A stretch of DNA of 63,772 nt, counting the filler, from Aduncisulcus paluster (lineage: Eukaryota): NCBI GenBank assembly GCA_024181965.1. It is 6 parts of 6 records of this genome, joined end to end, with 100 filler letters (N's around TTAATTAATTAA, not from the genome) between each part and the next. Parts side by side here need not be neighbours in the genome. Positions count along the whole stretch, not along the records: positions 1 to 16,518 come from BQXS01012595.1; positions 16,619 to 22,534 come from BQXS01012599.1; 4 more parts are not named here. The stretch is one strand, 5' to 3'. Shown here piece by piece: positions 11,013 to 22,634 of the stretch. The notes beneath the pieces were generated by a model. The model was not told the origin of the DNA and did not search any database. It saw nothing but the letters and a program-made list of their open reading frames with translations. How positions within the stretch are numbered: the first letter of the stretch is position 1; each line of letters begins with the position of its first letter. The position numbers and the translations under genes were made by a program.

Positions 11013-14000
11013 ATGTTTGAAAATCTACTGCAGCTTGTCCATAAATGTGTATCTTCAGCAAAAGCAATTCCTAATGATGCCAAAGTTCTTCTAGCTACTG
11101 ATCAGCCTCTTGATGATAAATCGAAGCATGTGACGACAGTTTTAAAGGAAAAAATGTTAATGCCAACCTTGTCATGGTCAGCAAGGACTGAGGAAGAGAT
11201 GAAAAAGCATGAATTAGGGCTCCAAAAATTGTGTTCATCTTCTGACACATCTATATTATCCAGTGTTAAAACTGTTGGAAATATTCTCGATGAATGTGAT
11301 TCAATTTTGGCTTATTTAAAAATTCAAAAACAACAGAAACATTTATTATCTGAGTCTGCATCTAAGAATGATGATAAATATTGTCTTTTTGGATCTGATG
11401 TTAAATTATCAAAATATGATCGTTCTGAGAGAGAAAATGGTTGTAATATACTTGTTTTAACCAAAGAAAATATTTTGGAAGCTGATTCTATTTCTTCTGA
11501 TGATGATCTTATCAAATTACAATTCCGTGTTATATCAGAGAGTTCAAATCAATTAGAATCAATTCAAAGCCAAAAAATCGTCCAGAATGAAAAGAAAGAC
11601 GCAAATGGTGATGTTTCTGATGGAATAATTTTTTCAGGGGATATTGGAGCCTCTGAAGATGTGAGTAGTCATGTGATAATGGATAAACTTCATTGTTATC
11701 ACTCGTTATATGATGAATCTAAATTTAGCCCAAGTATTCCCTCACTGAATCTTTCGGATCTTTCCTCAATTGCTCCTGAATATATATTAGACGTTATATC
11801 AGCTCCGTCAGAATGTTCAACTGAGGATCTACTGTCTTCATTTAAATCTAAGAAACCCAGTGGTACCAAAGAAAAGGAAGAAGAGGAAGAAGAGGAAGAA
11901 GAGGAAGATGGAGAGGATAGTTTCCTTTCGCAAGTGTCCAATTGGGCATATGCGATAATTTGTGTTGGAGTTGATGAAGAACACTCTTTCCTTGGACGAG
12001 TGGTATTTTTATCGGTTTGTGGTTATAATTCTTCGACTCGGAACCACGAGAATATGTATGTTTCCGCTGTTGAGCACGGATTAATTGTGATGAGAAATAT
12101 GTTAAAGATGTTGAATTCTTTGGGAATTTCTTTATTCATTTTTAAACAATCGATTTCTTCTAGCGTACAATTGTCACCAAAGTCCTTGGGTATTTCAAAG
12201 ACTAGTACTCGGTCTCAGCATCTCTCCCAAGCCGCTGAATGTTTGTCCCATGTACAAGCTGAGCAATGTGTCCAACGTGATCTTTTACTATATTTATACA
12301 ATACAATCAATCCTTTGACTTTCCTGCAGAGCGCTGTGGGAATTTGTGGCATGGGAGCCGCTGGAAGCGTTGAAGAAGCCATGCATTCATTTTCAGATGT
12401 ATCTGCCCAAGACTTATTTGTGGCTGAAAACACTCGTTTGTACGCACATGTTCAAGGAATATTGAAATCTTCTATCACCCAAACAACATCTTCAGATTCA
12501 GACAAGCAATCTAATGAGGTTAGGGGTAAGCGACGTGTCTCTGATATATCACAGACTCGAGGAAGTAGAAATCGTTGTTTGAAGCAAATTAACAGTATTC
12601 TTTTGGACAATGATATCCAATCTTTCTCTGCGTCATCTCTCAAAATCTCTCAACTCATGAGTCTAATATCGATTTGTGTTGGATATTCTTTACACTTTCT
12701 CAAATCTCAGCCATTATCAACCGTCAAGGCTGTGTTCAAACCGTGTCAATTGCGGTCGAAACTGTCATCCGGAACTTTTCCCTTTGTTGCTCCAAAATAT
12801 TCGTCTTCCTTGGGAATTGAACCTGCGGGCTCTGATCATGTAACATCATCAACCAAATCCCATTCAACATCAACTTCCTTGTCTTCACAATTCCTTGCTC
12901 TTCTTCTTTCCTCATTCTCCTCGATTTGTAAGCAGAGAGATATTCCCATTCTGACGGCGCTTCCAGCCATTTTTTTCAAGAAATGTGCTCGGAAATGTGT
13001 AAGTTCAGGTGCTTTTTCTTCATCTTCTTCATCAATATTTCGTGGAGGTGGTTTATCTAGTAGAAAACAAGGAAGAATCAATGTTGGATTTGTGATCGGT
13101 TTGGTTGTTCCCTGTCCAGGTTTTGTCAAACTCCACACTGATATAGTTTGTGAAGTTATTCGTGATTCTTTCCTCGTTTGGCAGAAAGAAAGAAGGAGAG
13201 ATGGAGGTGTGTCTTGTCATGAAAGCAATTCAGGTGCTTCAACAAGCCAGAAAGAAGAAGATATTGCTGGCAATTTTATTCATGTAAAAGAATGGTACAA
13301 AATAATACCAGAGTATTCACAACAATTTAAATCTATTGATGAGGATAGTTCTATAAATAGAAATGAGAAAAAGGAAGAAGAAGGGGAAGGAGAGAAGAAA
13401 GAGAGGGGAAAGAATGCAACCAAAGAAGGTGATTCACTCGAAGGGGAAGAGAATGGAGAAGATGTAGAACTCGAGACTTTGACAGTAAGTTGTGGTATTG
13501 TTCCGAGGATTCCCTCTGTCTGTGATGAAGTTAAGATAATATATGTCAAGGAAGAAAGGCCAAAAGAAGAAGNNNNNNNNNNNNNNNNNNNNAGAAAGAA
13601 GGAGAGATGGAGGTGTGTCTTGTCATGAAAGCAATTCAGGTGCTTCAACAAGCCAGAAAGAAGAAGATATTGCTGGCAATTTTATTCATGTAAAAGAATG
13701 GTACAAAATAATACCAGAGTATTCACAACAATTTAAATCTATTGATGAGGATAGTTCTATAAATAGAAATGAGAAAAAGGAAGAAGAAGGGGAAGGAGAG
13801 AAGAAAGAGAGGGGAAAGAATGCAACCAAAGAAGGTGATTCACTCGAAGGGGAAGAGAATGGAGAAGATGTAGAACTCGAGACTTTGACAGTAAGTTGTG
13901 GTATTGTTCCGAGGATTCCCTCTGTCTGTGATGAAGTTAAGATAATATATGTCAAGGAAGAAAGGCCAAGAAGAAGAAGAAGCGAGAGATGAAGAGAAAG

Positions 14001-14170
14001 AGGATGGTGTGAGTGTGGTGGAAGTTGAAGAGGAGATAAATGAGCCACAGGAAACTCAGGAAGATGCTAAGAAGGAAAAGAAAACAAAAATGCCAAAGAA
14101 AACGTCAAAGGCAAAATCATTGAGAAAGAAACTGAGTCGAAAAGATAAGAAACGGATGAAAAGGAAATAA
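11013..14170 (+). CDS. RRP6: highly divergent Rrp6/EXOSC10-like protein; 3' end split by a gap duplication
   Basis: Motifs in the expected order: PMC2NT-like N-terminus (VHKCVSSAKAIPND), HCYHSLY (~HPY.YEL), SFLGRVVFLSV (~SFLGLTCLMQI), VQRDLLLYLYNTI (~LQKDFGLYVVNMF), HRDC-like ICKQRDIPILTALP...PCPGFVKLHTDIVCEVI. K-rich tail in ORF 13949-14170. Confidence 0.72.
13187..13980. repeat. gap-flanking direct duplication (13187-13572 vs 13593-~13980)
   Basis: Same ~385 bp on both sides of N20 at 13573-13592; copies differ by a small indel (CCAAAAGAAG vs CCAAGAAG). Confidence 0.9.
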
Positions 14171-14498
14171 ATTATTCTAAATCTACCTCATATTCCTCTG
14201 AATTTTGAAAAATGTTATGGATGATCACTTTCATAAAGGAAGAACTTTTTCAATCATGAAAATCGACTTTCTTTTCCAAAAACATGAAATTTTCCAGAAA
14301 TTTCAAAATGACGCTATACAAGACTTATATAAGTTATATACACCATATTTTATTAAAATATAACATTGAGAAAGTTCAACAATCATCACATAACAACGTT
14401 ACAACATCAAATCAACACGATTTTGATATAAGCATATTATTATTATGAATTCGTGTGATTTATCATTATTTAAATGCATGAATATCCAATATGCTGTC

Positions 14499-16518
14499 TC
14501 ACAATTCGAGATTTTGAATTGTATTGATCCTCACTCCCTCTTTTTCATCCGCTAATCCGACCCAAACCCTCTCGTAAGGTCCTCGAATAACACCATCAAC
14601 AACGATATACAGAGGATCATCTCCCTCATTCACACTCAAATCAACCACATCCATCACTTCACGGAATGTCGATTGGCTATATCCAGGAGTATCATCATTC
14701 ACAGTGACAAGTAGGGGACCATTCTCAAAATCAAGCACACTCGACATTCCCTCAATATCGGCACTTCCTGGCTCAGGCAACCGACGAACCTCAATCGATC
14801 CAAGTCGAATATTAGGGAATTTCTTCTCAAATGATTTGTCTGTTCCAGATGTGATGTCCCGATCATCTCCCCTCGCTTTCATCAAATTGAGCTTCTGGAA
14901 AAAATTGAAACCTTTCTGAAACATTTGTTGCATCTTTCTCTTCTTCTTCTTCTTCTTCTTCTCTTTTTCCCCTTCCGCGGCGTATCCCATCATTTGACGG
15001 GTATCCTCAGCGCTGATTGCATTAAATACGCTTTCTCCTTTCTTAATTATGGTCATAGCAACGACTCTAGATGATTGGGGCTGCGAATCGGATACAACTT
15101 CCTTGCCACCTTTCTTCCTTCGTTCGGACAAATGTTTTTGTTCTTCATCCTCTTTCTCTTTGCCCCTCACATTCCTCTTTCGCTCGACTTCAACTTCTAT
15201 TCCAACTCTCACACTGCCCACGAAGCAGAGAACATCCACATCATCCTCCTTGGTTTCCTGGTCTTCAAGAAGGACATCAGTGCGGACTTTAACATCTTTC
15301 TTCCCTTCTCTCTTCTCTTTCTTCCCTTCTCTCCTCTCCTTTCTTCCTTCTTTTGCCCGATAACCACGGACCACACCTGCACGGAAGCTAAGGGCATGGT
15401 GTCCAAGGAAAGGGAAGATGGAGAAAAGAGTCGAAAAAAGAGAAGTTGAGGAAAGATGAGATAATGATGCCATCGAGAGATTGAAAGGAAAAGAAAGCTC
15501 CGAGGATTCTTTTTTATGTCTGTTCTTCTTCATTGAGCCATTTTTAGTCAAGAGAGGATCAGATACAAAGGGATGTTCCTTTGCATCATCCTCTGAATAC
15601 ATATCTCCTTCTTCTTCTTCCTCTTCATCAAATCCACTGCCAAGGTATCCGAGAGCACTGCGTCCGAGCGTGTCACCATCAGATTTGCCCTCTTCTTCGT
15701 CCTCTTTCTCATCTGTCGACTCTATAAAGCCCCATGGAAGTGGGATTCGGCCGGATTCACCCTCCCAGACCCGTTCACGCAGCACCGATGAAGAATTCAG
15801 GGTGCATAGCCTTGAAATAAAAAGTCTAGAGAGCAGCGGAGGAGGTGGAACATGAGTCGTCTGGATGACAGGGCGGGGATTGTATTGCTGAATACCGCCA
15901 CTGGATATCCCAGAAGGACCTGGGGACACACCAAAAGATGAATATCCGAGAGCTAAGGGTTGACTGGAGGATCCATCGAAGAACTGTGTATCTAATCCAA
16001 TAGAAGTTCCAATATCGTGAATACCAACACCGACTTGCTCAATACCAGATGTAACAGTGCCTTGGTCATCTTCCGAGGTTGCTCCAGAGTTCTGCTTCAA
16101 ATTCTGATCATGTATCCGAATTGACCGTTGCCTTTCCTCCACACAATGCTCAACACTCCCCTCCCCATTACAAATAGGTGCCCTAATGCCACCGCATCCT
16201 GAGAGAGATATGAACGAACGATACACTCTGTCGAGGTGAGAAAGAGAAGAGGCCATTGAGAGAGCCGATGGTGTGTGTGAGAGTGAAGATAACAAGGGAC
16301 GAGGGTGAACTATATGATCAGAACAACCTTGAAGGGAGATAGCAGACGAAGACAAAGAATGTCCAAGCTCCCCATCATGTTGATGGATGGAGTGGCGTGT
16401 CATGGATGTTTCAAATCCATCTGAACGAGGTGATCTGGGACTCGAGGAAGAGGAAGTGGTATCACGAACATGCTTAGCATCATCAACATCCAATATACCA
16501 TCCCTGATGATTTGTGGG
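14499..16518 (-). CDS. 5'-truncated protein with a PACS-1-like C-terminal domain
   Basis: CFVGSVRVGIEV...LGSIEVRRLP...LLVTV...VDLSVNEGDDPLYIVVDGV resembles, in order, recalled PACS motifs FIGVVKVGLVE...RSLQVSRLP...MAMTV...LICSA....LRVSIDGV. Confidence 0.5.
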
Positions 16519-16618
16519 NNNNNNNNNNNNNNNNNNNNNNNNNNNNNNNNNNNNNNNNNNNNTTAATTAATTAANNNNNNNNNNNNNNNNNNNNNNNNNN
16601 NNNNNNNNNNNNNNNNNN
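16519..16618. other. artificial scaffold linker N44-TTAATTAATTAA-N44
   Basis: Six-frame stop spacer, identical at five places in the window. Confidence 0.98.
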
Positions 16619-16790
16619 GGACATTTTTGGGTCGTCACTGGTGAGGGCCTTGACTACGCCAAAATTTACTAATCTGCCGTTAAATATTTTTCAGCTGGTA
16701 ACTTTCAAATTCGGTGACAAAGTCAATTGTGGCCTTCTTGTCGCAGCTTTTTAGTACTACTACCAATAGTATTGGTCGCTGGACTGAGCA

Positions 16791-16891
16791 TGTTGTGATG
16801 GCTACCGGCACTAACCGGCATTACCGGTATGCAGCCGATTATTCTTTTTTTAATAAATTTGCTAGCCACTTGCATACCGCAAGTCAATAAT
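16791..16891 (+). repeat. 5' LTR (shared part)
   Basis: TGTTGTGATGGCTACCGGCAC...GCAAGTCAATAAT; 4 mismatches to 18962-19062; contains AATAAA. Confidence 0.88.
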
Positions 16892-17048
16892 AATATTATT
16901 ATTGTTTAACCAAACGTAAGTGTGATAACTATCAAGTTTTATTTTAATTATATTTGATCAAATTTCCCGTTCTATGAATAAGCTAAGAATGGAGCACCGG
17001 CTTCGTTAGGAAACCGACTTTACATCACATCCTGATAACTTTTCTTTA

Positions 17049-18335
17049 TTGGGAACAGACACATCGACTTCATCGACCAGTTTTTCCGATCAATTGACTG
17101 TTCAGAAGAATTCGATAATGACTCTTACCAAACTCGTGGAAGAGCAGCAGAAAGCCATGGACATAATGGCTAAAGCTATTCATAATCTCTCTGATAAGCT
17201 TGAAGGAAGAGAAAAGCTTGAAGGAAGAGAAAAACTTAAAGAATGTCCTCTTAAGAAAGTCTCGACTTCAGCTTCGATTATTGACAAAATTGTCCTAAAT
17301 CCCACTGATACCCATAGTAGTGACTCTCCGTTTATTGTTAATCCCTTTCTAACCCTTTCCCAAAAGGATTACAAAGAAAATAGTAGTGCAGGGACTCGAA
17401 CCCGCGCATTCCATCTCGATGGCGAAGAACCTACCACTCGGACAACCAAGGGGGAAAATCCCAAAAACTGTCAAGAAAGTCCTCAAAACGAATGATCCAC
17501 CAATGAAAGTTGACCCCTTCGATGACCTGTTCGAAGATGAACATACGTTTGAAGGTGAAAAGGATGAGATTGTAAGAAAAAGGACAACTCCTGGACTCTA
17601 TGAAGCCAGGATACGAGATGATATTATCCCAAGAGTCGGCCAAGACATAGGCAAACCACCAATCCTTGAAATCCTCAGCGCGAAAGCATACGAGACGTTT
17701 ATTACTCAATACAAAGCTTACGAGAGCAAAGGTGGGATACGCCCTATATATGCATGTGTATCTGATAAAGTCGCCAGACTAATAATCTCATACCCTGATT
17801 CAGATAATGATGTTCTTACACTGATCAAGAGAGAAGTGGCTCCTTCCACTCTCGAGGAATTCGTTGCAAGGTTATCAACTTTCAAACTTAGATACAACAA
17901 CAACATGTCATCCATTCACAATTACAACCTTCTCTTTATCCAACTGGTAGATGCTGCCCCAGAAGTAGCCCGTCGATTCACCAAAGTCATACTAAGAGGA
18001 TATGTTGAGGAATTGCACCCTACAAGATCCGTACACCACTCATCCCTTTACTCGATTGTGAAAACGTAACTCTATCTATGATGATGGCAAAAGCCCGCTC
18101 AGTAACCAAAAGTCTAATTGACACGGGTTGGAAATGGACGTACAAGAGAAGCAAAGAAGCTAACGAACACTCTGAATCCCACTCGAAGAAGCAACACACA
18201 AGTCACCAGGGGAGTCATAATAATTCAACTGGTTCAAAAACCAAAAATTGTAATTATTGTCACAAGGTTGGACATACAGAAGATCAGTGCTTCATCAAAA
18301 AGAGGAAACAAAAACTGATGAATCACGTGAAGTAA
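17049..18335 (+). pseudogene. gag: gag-like region in three broken ORFs (17049-17495, 17386-18069, 18078-18335)
   Basis: Coiled-coil N-terminus, helical capsid-like middle, zinc knuckle CNYCHKVGHTEDQC (CX2CX4HX4C). Confidence 0.75.
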
Positions 18336-18515
18336 CTTCATTCATTTCTGATTGGGAAACCTCACGTAAAAAGTCCTTTGATGAGCTCCCAAAATCTCAC
18401 TTATCAGTCGATGAGTATGTAAAAGATCTCACTGACAATATTTCCTCCCTTCACAAACGTGCTAGGATCATTCAAAAATCGTCTTATGATGATCCTCCAG
18501 AAGAATTAAAGAAAG

Positions 18516-18656
18516 GGACAAAAAGGAAGGGGTAGGGGATTGAGATTCCTTACTCAATGGTATGGTTTACCAAAGAACAAAACCACATGGATGATGAAAT
18601 CAGAAATAGAGAATTCTGAAGCGTTCAAAAGATACATGAAACAGAGAAGCGAATAA
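18516..18656 (+). pseudogene. chromodomain remnant from the C-terminus of pol/integrase
   Basis: Manual translation GQKGRGRGLRFLTQWYGLPKNKTTWMMKSEIENSEAFKRYMKQRSE* fits the chromo consensus (Y/F)LVKWxG.....TW....L. Confidence 0.8.
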
Positions 18657-18951
18657 GCCAACACTCGATGTTTCAACCTCTTTGCCAAAGAATGAATAAC
18701 ATTCAATCTCATCCATCATCACTATCTCTTACCTAATTCTATTTTACTTTTATTCTATTATACAATGTTTTGTATATCTTCTCTTTTGATCTTCTATTGC
18801 TTTCCTTTATTATACTTTTATATTCTATAAGAATAGCGCTCCTATTCTTCCCTCGAAACTATCTAAGCTGGCATCTATAATTCCTATCATATTCTTTTCT
18901 ATTCCTTTATTTTACTCTTCTCTTGTATCCTCTGCCAAATCTAAACAAACC

Positions 18952-18961
18952 TTTAAGGGGG
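18952..18961 (+). other. polypurine tract of the LTR element
   Basis: TTTAAGGGGG lies immediately 5' of the 3' LTR. Confidence 0.75.
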
Positions 18962-19062
18962 CGTTGTGATGGCTAGCGGCACTAACCGGCATTACCGGTA
19001 TGCAGCCGATTATTCTTTTATTAATAAATTTGCTAGTCACTTGCATACCGCAAGTCAATAAT
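18962..19062 (+). repeat. 3' LTR
   Basis: CGTTGTGATGGCTAGCGGCAC...GCAAGTCAATAAT, direct repeat of 16791-16891. Confidence 0.88.
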
Positions 19063-19260
19063 GTGGCTTCTTCTCCAGTGCAAGGGTTCCGGTCATTTTT
19101 CGATATTCAAGAATTCAAATAAAAATATCTAATTATACTATAAAATGATTTTATCTTTTATTTTATTATTCTAATTGCTTTGAAAAATATCAGTTTATCA
19201 CGATAATATTTGTCATTCGAGACATGATTTGAAAACACTGTTTTTCGTCAAATTGATACA

Positions 19261-21126
19261 ATGGAAAAGAAAATAAGACCTTTGCTATCAACTAAATTCA
19301 AAGGCAGCATTGTTTGGAAGAAATATAAAGTAATGGCAGGTTGTCCACAAAAACTATTAAAGGCTGATGTTTTGAAATTGATTATGACTGATATTGATGA
19401 TAATATGAGAGAAATGAGTTCAAATAACTATCGTTGTATGAGGTGTGAACAAGATTTATTTAGTAATTTATCAGCAATTAGCCATCTATTATCTGCCGAG
19501 CATCACAAATCCAGATCATCTACTCTAACCCAAGAAGAGGAACAAAAGGGAGAAAGACTATGTAAATCAAGGAAATTGAGAGAAGTAATTGTCGAGAAAT
19601 GTATTGATTCTGGGATCCCTATAACCGTTGCATGCAAATTACTTGACAAAGAAATTCAAGATCTGATTCGAACATGTCCGACCTTTGTACCTCTAAAACC
19701 ATCGACTCTATATGACATAGAATACAAGGTGGCAAAATTATCAATTAAGATTACACGTGATGTTGTCATCAAGGGATGCTATAGTGTTATTCTTGATAAA
19801 ACGCAAACTAGGGGTAAAAATATTCTTGGAATTCTGATACATTGCAAATATGGAACATACGCTGTCGGTTATGTTAATCTAGGCCAGATTAAAGATGATT
19901 TGTTTTCAAAAGCCTTTGAAAAAGAGATTGATAAATCATATATGGCCGAACAATCATCGATTTCATCAGGGAAAAGAGTCTCTACCAAAAATGAAAAAGG
20001 AAAAAAGAATGATAACACGATAAATTATATAGTAATGAACATAAAAAGGAATTTGGCATGCACTTCTGATAAGGTACATGATACTCTTCCAGCAACACAA
20101 GACATTATATTCTCTGCATTATCCCAGAAGTTTTCAGATATAGGATTATCTCCATCGTCCATTATTTCATTTACCTCGGACAGAGAACCTTTAATGGTTC
20201 GTGTTTGTAAGGATTTGGTGCTTGATGGAAAAGGTTTGTCTTGGCTTCCTTGTCTCTCGCACGTGTTGAATTCCTTGAATCAAATATATATATCCAATAT
20301 GTTTGAAGCCATTCCTGATTTTCTTGATAATATTGGCATGGCATTAAGCATGTCAAATCAGGCAAGTCGGGCAATCATGAGGATGATGAAATTGCCACCA
20401 ATAAGATTCACAAAAATTAGGTGGTCTTCAATGCTTCAGCAATATTTTAAAATTTGTTCAAGATGGGATGAATATTTAGGAGCGATAAAGTTGCTCAAAC
20501 CAACAGAATGTACAACATACTGCATTAATTTCTTGGAGAATGAGGGATATAAAATATTCATAAATACAATGATTGATGAATATATACCAGCCTCATTAAA
20601 TGCAATTACTGCATCTCAATCAGAATTTCCCAATTATATCTCATTTAAAAAAATAGAACAGTTTCGAAGAGATCTTTTAACAAAGTGGCATGGAAGAGAT
20701 ATATCAGCCCCGTCATATTGTGAAGCAAATGGATATGTAAATATATTAATGGATGTTTATTATACCATTATTTCTTTTAAACCGGATCAATGGGAGGACG
20801 ACTTTATAATCGAAAGACCAAGGATAAAAAGAGGATTATCAAGGATTGGAATTGAAGTCAATCGGCAACAATTAATACAAATGGACGAATATTTTTATTC
20901 AGTTGGATATGGTGATACAATATGCTTCGAAAAACGATATTTTCATCTGAACCAAATTGTTCAACAACTTGAAACAATCCCGTTGTCTGGGGCAAGCATT
21001 GAAAGGTTTTTTAGTGTAGTCCATCTTTTAAATTCACCAAGCCGTGCAAGTCAATCCGTAACAACACTTATGTTGAATGCTATGAAAAAATTCAACAAAA
21101 AGCTAAAAGACAGAATAAAACTTTAG
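19261..21126 (+). mobile_element. hAT-superfamily transposase, intact 621-aa ORF
   Basis: N-terminal C2H2/BED-like finger (CMRC...HLLSAEH); catalytic D in VILDKT, D in TSDRE, CxxH (CLSHVLN), RW (KIRWSS), and E in SGASIERFFS..L.SPSR (dimerisation domain). Confidence 0.9.
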
Positions 21127-21338
21127 AAATAATAAATAGACATTGTTTTTATTATCGCCGAAACAAATTGCAAATATACAGATCAATTTGCCTTGCAGAG
21201 ATCAGAGTTCGTTGATCTGCAAGCTTTCTCTTGAAACAAAAGATTTAACCAAAAACTTTTCATTATTTTATAACTGTTATCATAATATATAAATAATTTC
21301 AGTATTTATTTTTGCTTTTAAAAAAAAAAAAAATGGAA

Positions 21339-21465
21339 GGGTATGCTCTACGATCATGGTGAGTCGATCTCCGTCAATTCTGGAAATAATGAAACTTCGA
21401 CCAATACAAAGATAAGATGGTTTTCAATGCTAGAGCAATATATGGAAATATGTAAGAATTTGGGA
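21339..21465 (+). pseudogene. relic of a second hAT transposase
   Basis: EIMKLRPI/(frameshift)TKIRWFSMLEQYMEICKN parallels RMMKLPPIRFTKIRWSSMLQQYFKICSR in the intact transposase upstream. Confidence 0.75.
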
Positions 21466-22124
21466 AAACTTGCACGACTGGTTGTTTAGTCCAATATAAT
21501 GGAATAGCCCACAAGGGTCTTCTTTCTTTCTTATTATTTAGAATAAAATGTAGCACTTTGTGAAGAAGACTTTGGTGGGGCTGATATGGATGATGATCAA
21601 GGATATTTGTCATGTTCCATCATCTGAAGATGATATGGCTATTATTGTCCCGCACGAGCTCTCTGAATTCACATCTGAAGTTTCAGATGATTCATTAATT
21701 GATCCCTTACTGAGCTCCATCACCCCGAGATTGACGACTCGTACCCTGATATAGAAGTTCGATACACTGATATTTATCATGAAATTATTGAGAAGAATCA
21801 ACCGTTTGTAAAATTAATGGTTAAAATGGTGATGAAAAGAGAGATATCTGAATCCCTTTACACAGAAATCCAGCAATCGTTAAAGGTGACAGTATCAGAA
21901 ATTTGCTCTGCCATTGGTATTGACTTTGTACCTTGTATTGATCATCTCTATCTTCCATCACTTTTACAATACCAATACAGTCACAAACAGTCGAATCATG
22001 TTCCCATTTAATGAAATATAGATGGTACACACTCTATCAATATCCTGTTCCGCGAATAATTTTTGATTACTAATCAGAAGTAGTACTTCTATTCATTGAC
22101 ACATATATCTCCTTATCAGATTGT

Positions 22125-22255
22125 TCCAGAAAGTGATAAGTACAATCCAACCTCTTTTCGTCTATATCGAGAAACATTATCGACAATAAGATATAATTTA
22201 GGCATAATACCAGGAATGATAAGCGAGTTTTCCAGTGCCGGGACCAGGTCAATCA
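22125..22255 (-). pseudogene. possible Tc1/mariner/IS630-type DDE relic
   Basis: Manual translation PKLYLIVDNVSRYRRKEVGLYL resembles the lilDNa.H...v motif; flanked by stops. Confidence 0.3.
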
Positions 22256-22534
22256 AGTTTTATTTCAATTCGTTACTAGAGGCTATCATGTTGATTATAT
22301 TAATGTCTCTGCTCATCTCTGACTCTTTCATGAGTTAAGCAATCACCTTCGACCCACGTCTACCACTAGGACTGCGACTCAATCTTGATACATTTTAATT
22401 ACTATCAGTACTCACCCGGGTCTACATAGAATTTATATGGTTCCCTCTGTTCTTCACCTCAGGTTCCATAAGGAATACCTCGAAAATTTCCTCTGAGACA
22501 CCATAGTACTGATCTGTTCTTAACTTTCATAATA

Positions 22535-22634
22535 NNNNNNNNNNNNNNNNNNNNNNNNNNNNNNNNNNNNNNNNNNNNTTAATTAATTAANNNNNNNNNN
22601 NNNNNNNNNNNNNNNNNNNNNNNNNNNNNNNNNN
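22535..22634. other. artificial scaffold linker
   Basis: N44-TTAATTAATTAA-N44. Confidence 0.98.

Larger units (their letters stand above)
16791..19062 (+). mobile_element. internally deleted Ty3/Gypsy (chromovirus-type) LTR retrotransposon
   Basis: 101-bp direct terminal repeats, polypurine tract before the 3' repeat, broken gag with CCHC knuckle, integrase-tail remnant and chromodomain; no PR, RT, RH or integrase core. Confidence 0.85.

Noticed and set aside
16563..16574. Recurrent TTAATTAATTAA palindrome (five copies)
   Set aside because: Always centred in N44/N44, so an artificial six-frame stop linker; gene adjacency across linkers has no biological meaning
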